Shown here piece after piece: positions 55,738 through 64,000 of a stretch of DNA of 64,000 nucleotides. Below the pieces are notes generated by a model. It saw only the letters and a list, made by a program, of their open reading frames with translations. It did not search any database and was not told the DNA's origin. The position numbers and the translations under genes were made by a program. The stretch covers positions 9,064 through 73,063 of the forward strand of contig ONAI01000012.1 in NCBI GenBank assembly GCA_900315755.1. The letters are read 5' to 3'. The stretch's first letter is position 1, and each line of letters begins with the position of its first letter. The stretch comes from an uncultured Ruminococcus sp. (GTDB taxonomy: Bacteria; Bacillota; Clostridia; Oscillospirales; Ruminococcaceae).

Positions 55738-57711
55738 ATGCCAACTATCAATGTTTTGGATAAGGAAGTCTCTGAACTTATCGCGGCAGGCGAGGTCATA
55801 GAAAGACCTTCGTCGGTGATAAAGGAACTGGTTGAAAATTCCGTGGATTCAGGTGCAAAACATATTACCGTTGAGATAAAGAACGGCGGTACTACATACA
55901 TGAGAGTTACCGATGACGGATGCGGTATCTCCTTCGATGATGTTCCAAAGGCGTTTCTTCGCCATGCAACAAGCAAGATAAGTGACAAGGCTGATCTTGA
56001 TAATATCCTTACGCTCGGTTTCAGAGGTGAGGCTCTGGCTTCGGTAGCAGCTGTATCATCGGTAGAGGTAATGACCAAGCCAAAAGATGAGACTTACGGA
56101 ACTCTTTACAATATAGAAGGCAGTGTTGAGGTATCGCATGAAAAGGGCGGTTGTCCGGATGGTACTACTATAATCATACGCGATCTTTTCTATAATGTCC
56201 CTGCACGTAGAAAGTTCATGAAAAAGGACGTAACAGAGGGAAACGCAGTCAGTCAAATACTCCAGAAAATAACGATGTCTCATCCTGATATAGCGTTCAA
56301 GTTCATACGTGATAACCGTGTTGAGTTCAATTCAAGCGGTGACGGCGAGCTCTATTCGGCAATATATGCTATTTACGGCAGGGATTTTACACGCAGCCTT
56401 GTTGAGACGGATTATGAATATAACGGTGTACACGTAAGCGGGTATGTTGTAAAGCCGCTGTATTCGCGTACTAACAGGTCTTTCCAGAATTTTTTCGTGA
56501 ACGGGAGATATGTCCGTTCAAGGATCTGTACATCTGCGCTTGAAAATGCGTATACAAATATGATAATGGTCGGAAAATTTCCGGCTTGTGTAATGATGAT
56601 AGACCTCTCGCCGTCGGCTATGGATGTTAATATCCATCCCGCAAAGGCAGAAGTAAGATTCACTGATGAGAAGAATGTTTCGGACGCTATATATTTTGCG
56701 GTCAAGAATGCTCTGAGCGAGGACGGCATGGTGTATGAATTCCAGATGAAACCGCGTGTTGACTGGACTAAAAAGCCGGAAGAGCCTCAGGAGATAAAGC
56801 AGCAGGAATTCATTTTCACTCCTGTTGACAAGATAGCAGAGGCTGAAAAGAGTATTGAACAGCCGCAGAGTGCTGAGATTTCTGCGCCGGAGCCTGAAAC
56901 TGCGGATATTGAACCATTTTCTGCATATAATAAGCCTGCTGAAAGCGAAAAGACTGAAAATGCAGAGAACATTGAAGCTCAGCAGCATTCCGTAATGGAG
57001 ACAGGATTGACTGTTAATGTCAGTGCTGATGAAGAAAATACTGAGCCTGAGGAAAAAGAGGAAGAGATTCCGGAGATCAAGCCTGTTGAGGGATTCAGTT
57101 ATATCAATTCAGCAAGCTTCAAGAAAGCTCCTGAGCCTGTTATAATTTCGGATGAAAACGGTGAGGCATTCGGAGTATATATCGTTGCCGAAACAGATGA
57201 TAAGAAATTTATACTGATAGACAAACACGCTGCACATGAAAGAATAATTTTTGAGGAATTAAAGAGCCGCAATTGCCGGCAGTACAGCCAGATGCTCATA
57301 AACGGAGTTAAAGTTCTGCTTGCCGGAGACGATTTCAGTGCGCTTGAAGAGAATACGGAAATGCTTGCGGATATGGGATTCAGCTTTGATTTTTCGCAAA
57401 AGCCCTGTGCTGTTGCAACGGCTGTTCCCACATTCATCATGGAACTCGATATGGAGGAGATAATCGCGGAAATAGCTGTGAATCTCAGGATGAACAGGCA
57501 TGATCCGCAGTCGCATTCGCTTGATGACCTGCTTCATACAGTTGCCTGCAAATCGGCTATCCGCGGCAATGACAAGAACAGCCTCGCTGAATTACAGGCG
57601 CTTGCCGACAGAGTTTACAATGATGATACGATACGTCACTGTCCTCACGGCAGACCGGTAATGTTCACAATGACAAAATCAAACATAGATCATCAGTTTG
57701 GAAGGACATAA
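55738..57711 (+). CDS. mutL: DNA mismatch repair protein MutL
   Basis: IAAGEVIERPSSVIKELVENS, GFRGEAL, C-terminal ACKSAIRGN and CPHGRP. Confidence 0.95.
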   Translation: MPTINVLDKEVSELIAAGEVIERPSSVIKELVENSVDSGAKHITVEIKNGGTTYMRVTDDGCGISFDDVPKAFLRHATSKISDKADLDNILTLGFRGEALASVAAVSSVEVMTKPKDETYGTLYNIEGSVEVSHEKGGCPDGTTIIIRDLFYNVPARRKFMKKDVTEGNAVSQILQKITMSHPDIAFKFIRDNRVEFNSSGDGELYSAIYAIYGRDFTRSLVETDYEYNGVHVSGYVVKPLYSRTNRSFQNFFVNGRYVRSRICTSALENAYTNMIMVGKFPACVMMIDLSPSAMDVNIHPAKAEVRFTDEKNVSDAIYFAVKNALSEDGMVYEFQMKPRVDWTKKPEEPQEIKQQEFIFTPVDKIAEAEKSIEQPQSAEISAPEPETADIEPFSAYNKPAESEKTENAENIEAQQHSVMETGLTVNVSADEENTEPEEKEEEIPEIKPVEGFSYINSASFKKAPEPVIISDENGEAFGVYIVAETDDKKFILIDKHAAHERIIFEELKSRNCRQYSQMLINGVKVLLAGDDFSALEENTEMLADMGFSFDFSQKPCAVATAVPTFIMELDMEEIIAEIAVNLRMNRHDPQSHSLDDLLHTVACKSAIRGNDKNSLAELQALADRVYNDDTIRHCPHGRPVMFTMTKSNIDHQFGRT

Positions 57712-57729
57712 GCTTACTTGGAGGATAAA

Positions 57730-57993
57730 ATGTCGTTTTTATGGAGTAGAAAGGTCAGATTTATGCTGATCTCATTTGCAATAGCCTTTGTTGTTGTAAT
57801 GGGACTTTTTATCATAAGACCGGATATAGTAAAGAGTAAAAATAGATTTGTAAGAGGCTTCTTTGCTTTTGCACTTGTATTTATCCCCGGAGTTTTTGCG
57901 GCTTCGGTATGTGCTGCAACGATAACTCTCACATATAAGAAGCTGTTCAAAAAATGCGAAAACAAGGAAGAATGCAGTAATGATACGCACTGA
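57730..57993 (+). CDS. Small hypothetical membrane protein
   Basis: ATG 57730 follows GGAGG. Two predicted TM helices. Confidence 0.4.
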   Translation: MSFLWSRKVRFMLISFAIAFVVVMGLFIIRPDIVKSKNRFVRGFFAFALVFIPGVFAASVCAATITLTYKKLFKKCENKEECSNDTH

Positions 57994-58027
57994 GTGATGT
58001 GCATTCTGCGGAAGGATATGATGCTTT

Positions 58028-58216
58028 ATGACTATGACTTTATCTGGAACTGAAAATATTATTGATAGCTTTTTCAGCTCTATGCTGATGATATTTGTTG
58101 TCATATTGCTTATCGGACTTCTGTTATGCGTAGGTGTTACCGTGTTTGCACAACGTCTTGTGAACAAACATATACGTGAGGAAGAGGAGGACGAAAATGG
58201 CACAGATACCAAATAA
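58028..58216 (+). CDS. Small hypothetical membrane protein (62 aa)
   Basis: One TM helix and an acidic tail. Overlaps the miaA start. Confidence 0.3.
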   Translation: MTMTLSGTENIIDSFFSSMLMIFVVILLIGLLLCVGVTVFAQRLVNKHIREEEEDENGTDTK

Positions 58217-59150
58217 GCCAAGAATTCTTGCGGTTGTTGGTCCGACTGCTTCCGGTAAGACTGCTCTCGGAGTTGAACTTGCAAAGCTTTACGGCGGAGA
58301 GATAATATCAGCCGATTCCATGCAGATATACAAGGGAATGGACATAGCCTCTGCAAAGCCGACGCAGGAAGAGATGCAGGGGATACCTCATCACCTCATT
58401 GATTTTCTCGAAAGGGATGTAGCATTCAGTACAGCAGATTACGTTCAGCTCGCAAACGATAAGATAGAGGAAGTTATCAGCCGCGGAAAGCTGCCGGTAA
58501 TTGTTGGCGGAACAGGTCTGTATATAGATTCGCTGCTTGAAAATACGAGGTTCGCTGACGGCGGACGCGATGAGGCTTATCGCGAAGAATTGACTCTATT
58601 CGCGCGTGAGAATGGCTGTGAAGCGCTTCATGCAAGGCTCGCAGCAGTTGATCCGGAAGCAGCAGAAGCTATACATCCGAATAATCTTGTCAGAGTAATA
58701 CGTGCTATGGAAGTATATCATGTTACCGGAAGGCGTTTCAGCGATCTCAAACGTGAAAGCAGAACTGTGGAGAGTCCATACGATTCGCTTATCATAGGGC
58801 TGAATTTCAGCGACAGAGCTGTGCTTTACCGCAGAATAGATCAGCGTGTGACGAAAATGGTAGACAAAGGCATTGTTGAAGAAGCGAGAGAACTCTGGAA
58901 AGAAGGCGGAATGAGTACATCTGCAAACGCCATTGGCTTCAAGGAGTTTATTCCGTATTTTAACGGTGAAGTTACTTTAGAGGAGGCAATAGCCAAAATC
59001 CAACAGGAAACACGCCGATATGCCAAAAGACAACTTACATGGTTTAGAAAAAATGACCGGATTCAGTGGATTATTTTAGACGAATTTGCTAAAATGAATG
59101 AAATTTTAGAAAAATGCAAAAAATGTATAGCAAATTATTGGAATATATGA
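58197..59150 (+). CDS. miaA: tRNA dimethylallyltransferase
   Basis: ATG 58197 follows GAGGAGG. GPTASGKT P-loop, SADSMQIYKGMDI. Confidence 0.95.
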   Translation: MAQIPNKPRILAVVGPTASGKTALGVELAKLYGGEIISADSMQIYKGMDIASAKPTQEEMQGIPHHLIDFLERDVAFSTADYVQLANDKIEEVISRGKLPVIVGGTGLYIDSLLENTRFADGGRDEAYREELTLFARENGCEALHARLAAVDPEAAEAIHPNNLVRVIRAMEVYHVTGRRFSDLKRESRTVESPYDSLIIGLNFSDRAVLYRRIDQRVTKMVDKGIVEEARELWKEGGMSTSANAIGFKEFIPYFNGEVTLEEAIAKIQQETRRYAKRQLTWFRKNDRIQWIILDEFAKMNEILEKCKKCIANYWNI

Positions 59151-59249
59151 TATAATGTAATGTGTGTATTTTTAATGTGTTTCAGAATACATACAGACAA
59201 GATAAAAACAGTCGCGTGACTGCTAATATTTAAAGTCAGGAGAATGTGT

Positions 59250-59489
59250 ATGAACAAGACTATTAATTTGCAGGATGTATTCCTCAATCAGTGCAGAAAG
59301 GACAAGATAATGGTAACTATCATCCTTACCAACGGCTTCCAGTTCAAGGGCATGGTAAGAGGTTTTGACAGCTATGTTGCCATTTTTGATTGCGACGGTA
59401 AACAGCAGCTCGTTTATAAACACGCTATTTCTACTATTATCCCTGCAAGAGCGGTTTCTATCCTCGACGCAGCTGAGAAAAGCGAATAA
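59250..59489 (+). CDS. hfq: RNA chaperone Hfq
   Basis: [38 protein letters not shown]...YKHAISTI (Sm1/Sm2 motifs). Confidence 0.95.
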   Translation: MNKTINLQDVFLNQCRKDKIMVTIILTNGFQFKGMVRGFDSYVAIFDCDGKQQLVYKHAISTIIPARAVSILDAAEKSE

Positions 59490-59499
59490 GGTGATCTGA

Positions 59500-60753
59500 A
59501 TGCGCTTCGCAAGATCTGAAGGCAGCATTCTGGTCAAAGTTTTGCGCAATACGGTCCTTGTTCTGTTTCTGGTTATATTCATAAGTGTTATATATAACCA
59601 GAAAAACCGCGAAAGCGAGACCGAAAGCGCACTTATCTCTGAAGTTACGGCTTCTGCGGAGTTCAAAGGGGTTTTTATAAGAGATGAGAAACCGGTGCTT
59701 TACAGCGGCAGCGGAATCTTAAGTTATAAGGTCTCGGACGGCGGAAAGCTCGGTAATGGAAGCGTTATTGCCGAAGCCTATTCAAGCGGCGATGAGATAA
59801 CCCGTAAACGTGAACAGGCTCAGCTTGAGAAGAAACTTGCGATACTGATGAAAATACAGAATCCGGGTACGCGCGAATCCGCGCAGCCGGCTGATCTTTC
59901 TGCAAGTATCGAAGAAAACTACCGAAATCTCATGCTCTGCCGTGATAAGCAGGACTTCAAGCAGATCAGTTCTCTTGAGGACGATCTTCTCGTTCAGATG
60001 AGTACCTATCAGATCATTACCAATGAGGTGAATGATTTTACTCAACAGATAATAGATCTGCAAACAGAGATAGATAAACTGAAAAAACAAGCACAGCAGC
60101 CTATCGAGACTGTTAAATCGCCGGAATCATGCTATTTTGTAAGCTACTGCGATGGCTATGAGGACAAGCTGAAAAGCGATATGCTCGATAGCCTTACCGT
60201 TGAACAGCTTAATGATGTTTACGACAGGCGTTCGGATGATCCTAAAGTCGTCGGAAAGCTTGTTGATGGATATAACTGGTATCTCGCCGGAGTTGTGGAT
60301 AACACACATCAGGAGTACAAAATAGGAGAGTATGTCCGTATAAGACCGGAATCCTCGGAAGATATTTTTACTGCTGAGATCCTTGATGTCCGCGATGAAG
60401 GTGATCCGAAACAGACTATCCTTATACTTGCCTGCCGTGAATTCAGCAGCGAACTCGTTCAGCACAGAACTGAGAATATCGAACTGGTAAGAGGCAATTA
60501 CCGCGGACTTAAAGTTCCGCGTGAGGCTATCAGATTCGTAACGGCTGAAGAAAAGAAGGGCGAGGGCGATACTACTGAAACTACCGAAGTTACCTATAAG
60601 GGCGTTTATGTTCTTAAGGGTGAGCAGGTGCTTTTCAAAAAGATAGATGTCATATACGAAGGAAGCGATTACGTGCTTTCATCTCTGGATCATCTCGGAG
60701 ACGACAGCTACCTTCTTCTCTATGACGATATTATGATCGAAGGTGTTGATTGA
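59500..60753 (+). CDS. Membrane-anchored HlyD/biotin-lipoyl-barrel-like protein (tentative)
   Basis: N-terminal TM helix, a coiled-coil segment and beta-rich ends. Confidence 0.35.
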   Translation: MRFARSEGSILVKVLRNTVLVLFLVIFISVIYNQKNRESETESALISEVTASAEFKGVFIRDEKPVLYSGSGILSYKVSDGGKLGNGSVIAEAYSSGDEITRKREQAQLEKKLAILMKIQNPGTRESAQPADLSASIEENYRNLMLCRDKQDFKQISSLEDDLLVQMSTYQIITNEVNDFTQQIIDLQTEIDKLKKQAQQPIETVKSPESCYFVSYCDGYEDKLKSDMLDSLTVEQLNDVYDRRSDDPKVVGKLVDGYNWYLAGVVDNTHQEYKIGEYVRIRPESSEDIFTAEILDVRDEGDPKQTILILACREFSSELVQHRTENIELVRGNYRGLKVPREAIRFVTAEEKKGEGDTTETTEVTYKGVYVLKGEQVLFKKIDVIYEGSDYVLSSLDHLGDDSYLLLYDDIMIEGVD

Positions 60754-60754
60754 T

Positions 60755-61438
60755 ATGGGGAACGAGTTTGATTATATCAGCGAGAACCTCAGAAGAATTA
60801 GGGCTGATATAGGTGAAGCCTGTGCGGCTGCCGGAAGAGCTCCGGAAAGCGTAAGGCTCATGGCTGTTACCAAAACAGTCGCGCCGGAAGCTGTGAATCA
60901 TGCAATAGCTGAAGGCATAGATCTCCTCGGTGAGAACCGCGTTCAGGAATTCCTGTCGAAGAAGGAAAGCTATGATAAGTCAGCTGAGGTGCATATGATC
61001 GGTCACCTTCAGACAAATAAAGTTAAATACATCATCAATGATGTTAGTATGATACAGTCCGTAGACAGTGAGAAGCTGCTCGGAGAGATAAGTCGCCTTG
61101 CCGTTAAGAACGGCAGGATCATGGACATACTGTGTGAGGTCAATATCGGCGGAGAGGATTCCAAAAGCGGAGTTCATCCGGATGACCTTCACGGACTGCT
61201 CATGAAGGCTTCGCAGACCGAGGGCATCAGGCTCAGAGGACTTATGACCATTCCGCCGCCTTCTGAAAGCGATATTTTCCTCGGAAGGATGAGCGAACTG
61301 TTTGAAAGGTTTTCCGGAGAATTCTCAATGGACACCCTTTCAATGGGAATGACACACGATTATGCTGACGCTATAAGATTCGGTTCAACACTTGTAAGAG
61401 TCGGAACAGGTATGTTCGGAGCGCGCAGCTATAAATAA
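60755..61438 (+). CDS. ylmE: YggS/YlmE family PLP-binding protein
   Basis: LMAVTKT PLP-lysine motif, HMIGHLQTNK, LSMGMTHDY. Confidence 0.9.
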   Translation: MGNEFDYISENLRRIRADIGEACAAAGRAPESVRLMAVTKTVAPEAVNHAIAEGIDLLGENRVQEFLSKKESYDKSAEVHMIGHLQTNKVKYIINDVSMIQSVDSEKLLGEISRLAVKNGRIMDILCEVNIGGEDSKSGVHPDDLHGLLMKASQTEGIRLRGLMTIPPPSESDIFLGRMSELFERFSGEFSMDTLSMGMTHDYADAIRFGSTLVRVGTGMFGARSYK

Positions 61439-61580
61439 GTCGGTTCAGAGATAGTGCTCTGCGGCAGCATGATGCACGTACAGCGCAGAACAGCAGGCAC
61501 TGTCTATATGAAAGTCCGCGGAAGCCCGCATTGCTTTCACGGCATAAATAAATAAAAAAATGCGGAGAAGGAGTATTCAA

Positions 61581-62063
61581 ATGAAACTGTTTGAGAACAT
61601 CAAGGAATTTTTCTTTGCTTCAGAGGATGAGGATTTTGATGAGGCTGATGTGCCGATGCGCGCAGGCAGCGAAAGACCAAGCTATTCACGTTCGGAATCA
61701 GAGGATTCTGCTTCCGGTTTATCTTCCGGCAGTGAGAGCGTTTCCACTGGCAGAAGAAATAAAGTTGTTAATATCCAGACTACTGCTCAGCTTCAGGTAG
61801 TTCTTGTAAAGCCTTCTGCTTTCACAGATGCTAAGCAGATCGCAGATCACCTTATCGCTAAGAAGACAGTAGTTCTTAACCTTGAAACAGCTTCTCCTGA
61901 GAACAAGAGAAGGATCATTGATTTCCTCGTTGGCGTTGCTTATGCTAATGGAGGAAGCCTTAAGCCAGTCGCTAACCTCACTTATATCATAACTCCTTAT
62001 AATGTTGGATTCATCGGTGAGGATCTCGTCGGCGAACTGGAGAATAACGGCGTGTTTATCTGA
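61581..62063 (+). CDS. sepF: Cell division protein SepF
   Basis: ATG 61581 follows GAAGGAG. A disordered linker precedes the conserved C-terminal domain (VVLVKPSAFTDAKQIADHL...VVLNLE). Confidence 0.85.
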   Translation: MKLFENIKEFFFASEDEDFDEADVPMRAGSERPSYSRSESEDSASGLSSGSESVSTGRRNKVVNIQTTAQLQVVLVKPSAFTDAKQIADHLIAKKTVVLNLETASPENKRRIIDFLVGVAYANGGSLKPVANLTYIITPYNVGFIGEDLVGELENNGVFI

Positions 62064-62821
62064 TGAACGATTCTGAGGACAAGCTCTTAGAAGCTAAACT
62101 CGGTGATATGGCAGACCGCTGTGAACGCTATGGATGTCCGGTATATTCATCGTTTCTTGATGAGCATGAATGTGTTGTTGCCGAAAAATGGTGCGGAGGA
62201 CTCTCTTCTGACTTCGGCTGGATCCTGAACGGCGGCTTTGCGGACGCAAGAAGAAAAATGCTTGCGGTCTATCCGATATATTGTTCTTTGCCGGATGAAG
62301 ATGATTTCCCTATGAAATGCCTTACTTTCACTTACAGGAAAGAGGATAAGCTTACCCACAGAGATTTTCTCGGAAGTTTTATGGGACAGCGTTTAAAACG
62401 TGAGGTGATAGGGGATATTATTGTCAGTGAGGGTGAAACCCAGACCTTCGTTACAGAGGTTGCAGCAAAAGCCATCCTGGATTCGGTAACAAAGATCGGA
62501 AGAGTCGGAGTTAAAATAACGGATGATGTGGATTTCAGGCTCGATGCTGAGCAGAAATACAAGGAGATAAGCGGAACTGTCGCTTCTCTGCGGCTTGACT
62601 GTATTGTCAGCCTTGCTGCGAATCTCAGCCGTGAAAAAGCGGCTGCACTTATCCGTTCGGACAGGGTGGAGATAAATCATTTTACTGCTGCTTCAGTCTC
62701 ACAGGAACTGAAAGAGGGCGATATTCTTTCGGTAAGAGGCAGCGGAAGATATATTCTTTACGGTATAGACGGTCTGACTAAAAAAGGCCGCATACACATA
62801 AATCTTCGTAAATATATTTAG
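62063..62821 (+). CDS. ylmH: YlmH-like S4-domain RNA-binding protein
   Basis: Position between sepF and divIVA, plus a C-terminal S4 motif (RLDCIVSLAANLSREKAAALI...V). Confidence 0.7.
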   Translation: MNDSEDKLLEAKLGDMADRCERYGCPVYSSFLDEHECVVAEKWCGGLSSDFGWILNGGFADARRKMLAVYPIYCSLPDEDDFPMKCLTFTYRKEDKLTHRDFLGSFMGQRLKREVIGDIIVSEGETQTFVTEVAAKAILDSVTKIGRVGVKITDDVDFRLDAEQKYKEISGTVASLRLDCIVSLAANLSREKAAALIRSDRVEINHFTAASVSQELKEGDILSVRGSGRYILYGIDGLTKKGRIHINLRKYI

Positions 62822-62833
62822 AGGTGAATAAAA

Positions 62834-63379
62834 ATGATAACTTCAAAAGATGTCAGAAATAAGAGATTTGAAAAGGCTGCTTTCGGCTATAAGCAGGAAG
62901 AAATAGACGAATTTCTTTCTCAGCTCGAGGCTGAACTCGATGAGATGGAGCGTGAACGTGCCGAGGCAAACAATAAGATACAGATCCTTGCTGACAAGGT
63001 AAGAGAGTATATGAAGGATGAGGACGCTCTTAAGGACGCTCTCCTCGGCGCTCAGAGACAGGGCCATCAGGTCATCTCCGAGGCTAACGAAAAGGCTGAG
63101 TCTATCATCGCTGAGGCTGAGGCTAAGGCTGCTGCACTCGAGGATGAGGCTGTACGTCAGCACGCTGAAGCTATGGAGAAGAACCGCGAAGAGATCGCTA
63201 AGGAAAAGGAAGCTCTCATCGAGGCTCAGCAGCAGGTTGCTGATTTCAAGAAGAGTCTCTTCGATATGTATAAGAGCCACCTTGAACTTATCTCATCTAT
63301 GCCTGAAACTGTTGAGGAAGCTTCTAATTACGAGCCTGAAACAGCTGAGGAGATCGCAGCCGCTGTTGCTGCTGAATAA
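62834..63379 (+). CDS. divIVA: Cell division protein DivIVA
   Basis: ITSKDVRNKRFEKAAFGYKQEEIDEFL N-terminal domain and a coiled coil. Confidence 0.9.
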   Translation: MITSKDVRNKRFEKAAFGYKQEEIDEFLSQLEAELDEMERERAEANNKIQILADKVREYMKDEDALKDALLGAQRQGHQVISEANEKAESIIAEAEAKAAALEDEAVRQHAEAMEKNREEIAKEKEALIEAQQQVADFKKSLFDMYKSHLELISSMPETVEEASNYEPETAEEIAAAVAAE

Positions 63380-63530
63380 TCATATCGCTAAATATAACCG
63401 CAGACCGGCTTTCATGCTGTAAGCTTAGTCTGCTGTTTGTTTTGATAACGGGCTATGCCCAAAGGTAAGTATTTACCGTAAATCAGTTTGAAAGGAGGAG
63501 CTGGCGCTGCTGCGTCATGCTCGCATTAAA

Positions 63531-64000
63531 ATGGCACAGGATTATAATAACACCCTGAATTTACCGTCAACAGAATTCCCGATGCGCGGAAATCTTCCGA
63601 AGAGAGAACCGGAAACTCTCGAAAAATGGGAGAAACAGAGACTTTACTACAAAATGATCGAGAAGAATAAGGGAAAGAAGTCCTATATTCTTCACGATGG
63701 CCCTCCGTATGCTAACGGAGAGATACACATGGGCCATGCTCTTAATAAGACACTTAAGGATATTATTGTAAAGTATAAGAATATGAGCGGATTCTGTGCC
63801 CCTTATGTTCCGGGCTGGGATACTCACGGACTTCCGATCGAACTGAAAGCAATGAAAGCTATCGGCGTCAAGGACGGCGCTATCCCTCCGACAGAACTCA
63901 GAAAGCACTGCCGTGAATATGCTATGGCACAGGTAGCAAACCAAATGAAGGGCTTCAAGAGACTCGGTTCGCTGGGAGATTATGATTATCCTTACCTCAC
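63531..64000 (+). CDS. ileS: Isoleucine--tRNA ligase, N-terminal part (continues beyond the window)
   Basis: Not in the ORF track because it is open-ended. [28 protein letters not shown]...[19 protein letters not shown] (HIGH motif). Confidence 0.9.
   Translation, partial: MAQDYNNTLNLPSTEFPMRGNLPKREPETLEKWEKQRLYYKMIEKNKGKKSYILHDGPPYANGEIHMGHALNKTLKDIIVKYKNMSGFCAPYVPGWDTHGLPIELKAMKAIGVKDGAIPPTELRKHCREYAMAQVANQMKGFKRLGSLGDYDYPYL

Overview
64-kb window from a mid-GC Firmicute, most likely a cellulosome-producing Ruminococcus-type clostridium. Supporting signs are three dockerin-bearing proteins, an SPKTG sorting signal, and the clostridial mutS/mutL-miaA-hfq and ylmE-sepF-ylmH-divIVA-ileS gene orders. 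All protein calls rest on motif recognition by eye; no searches were run. Most of the window is core metabolism and housekeeping. I found no transposase, integrase, phage gene, CRISPR array or recognisable defence system. The most unusual content is a glutamine/nitrogen supercluster. It contains an AmtB-PII fusion (3565-5373). It also contains an about 11-kb minus-strand operon gltB-gltD-glnA-ANTAR regulator-purF-asnB (23328 down to 12344) and a divergent pyrG-glnN(GS type III)-dapF-dapL unit. These units are preceded by promoter-proximal terminators. Two of the leaders (3331-3545 and 23560-23765) are copies of one about 215-nt structured element. Each copy has two terminator/anti-terminator modules, each with an AAGGG-containing hexaloop hairpin. 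This element, together with an ANTAR protein that has a pseudo-receiver domain and an atypical GS paralog, is my best candidate for an undescribed regulatory system. Other points of interest: a feoA-feoA-feoB / DUF2325 / DUF3793 / flavodoxin / sortase-anchored protein / truncated YedZ-like cluster that may couple iron reduction to uptake; several gene relics at block boundaries (tcdA, RelQ-like, glnN, YedZ-like); a long structured RNA-like element at 54122-54250; a CIRCE operator on htpG; near-identical 69-bp repeats in a dockerin-LRR gene; and a duplicated terminator after tRNA-Gln.
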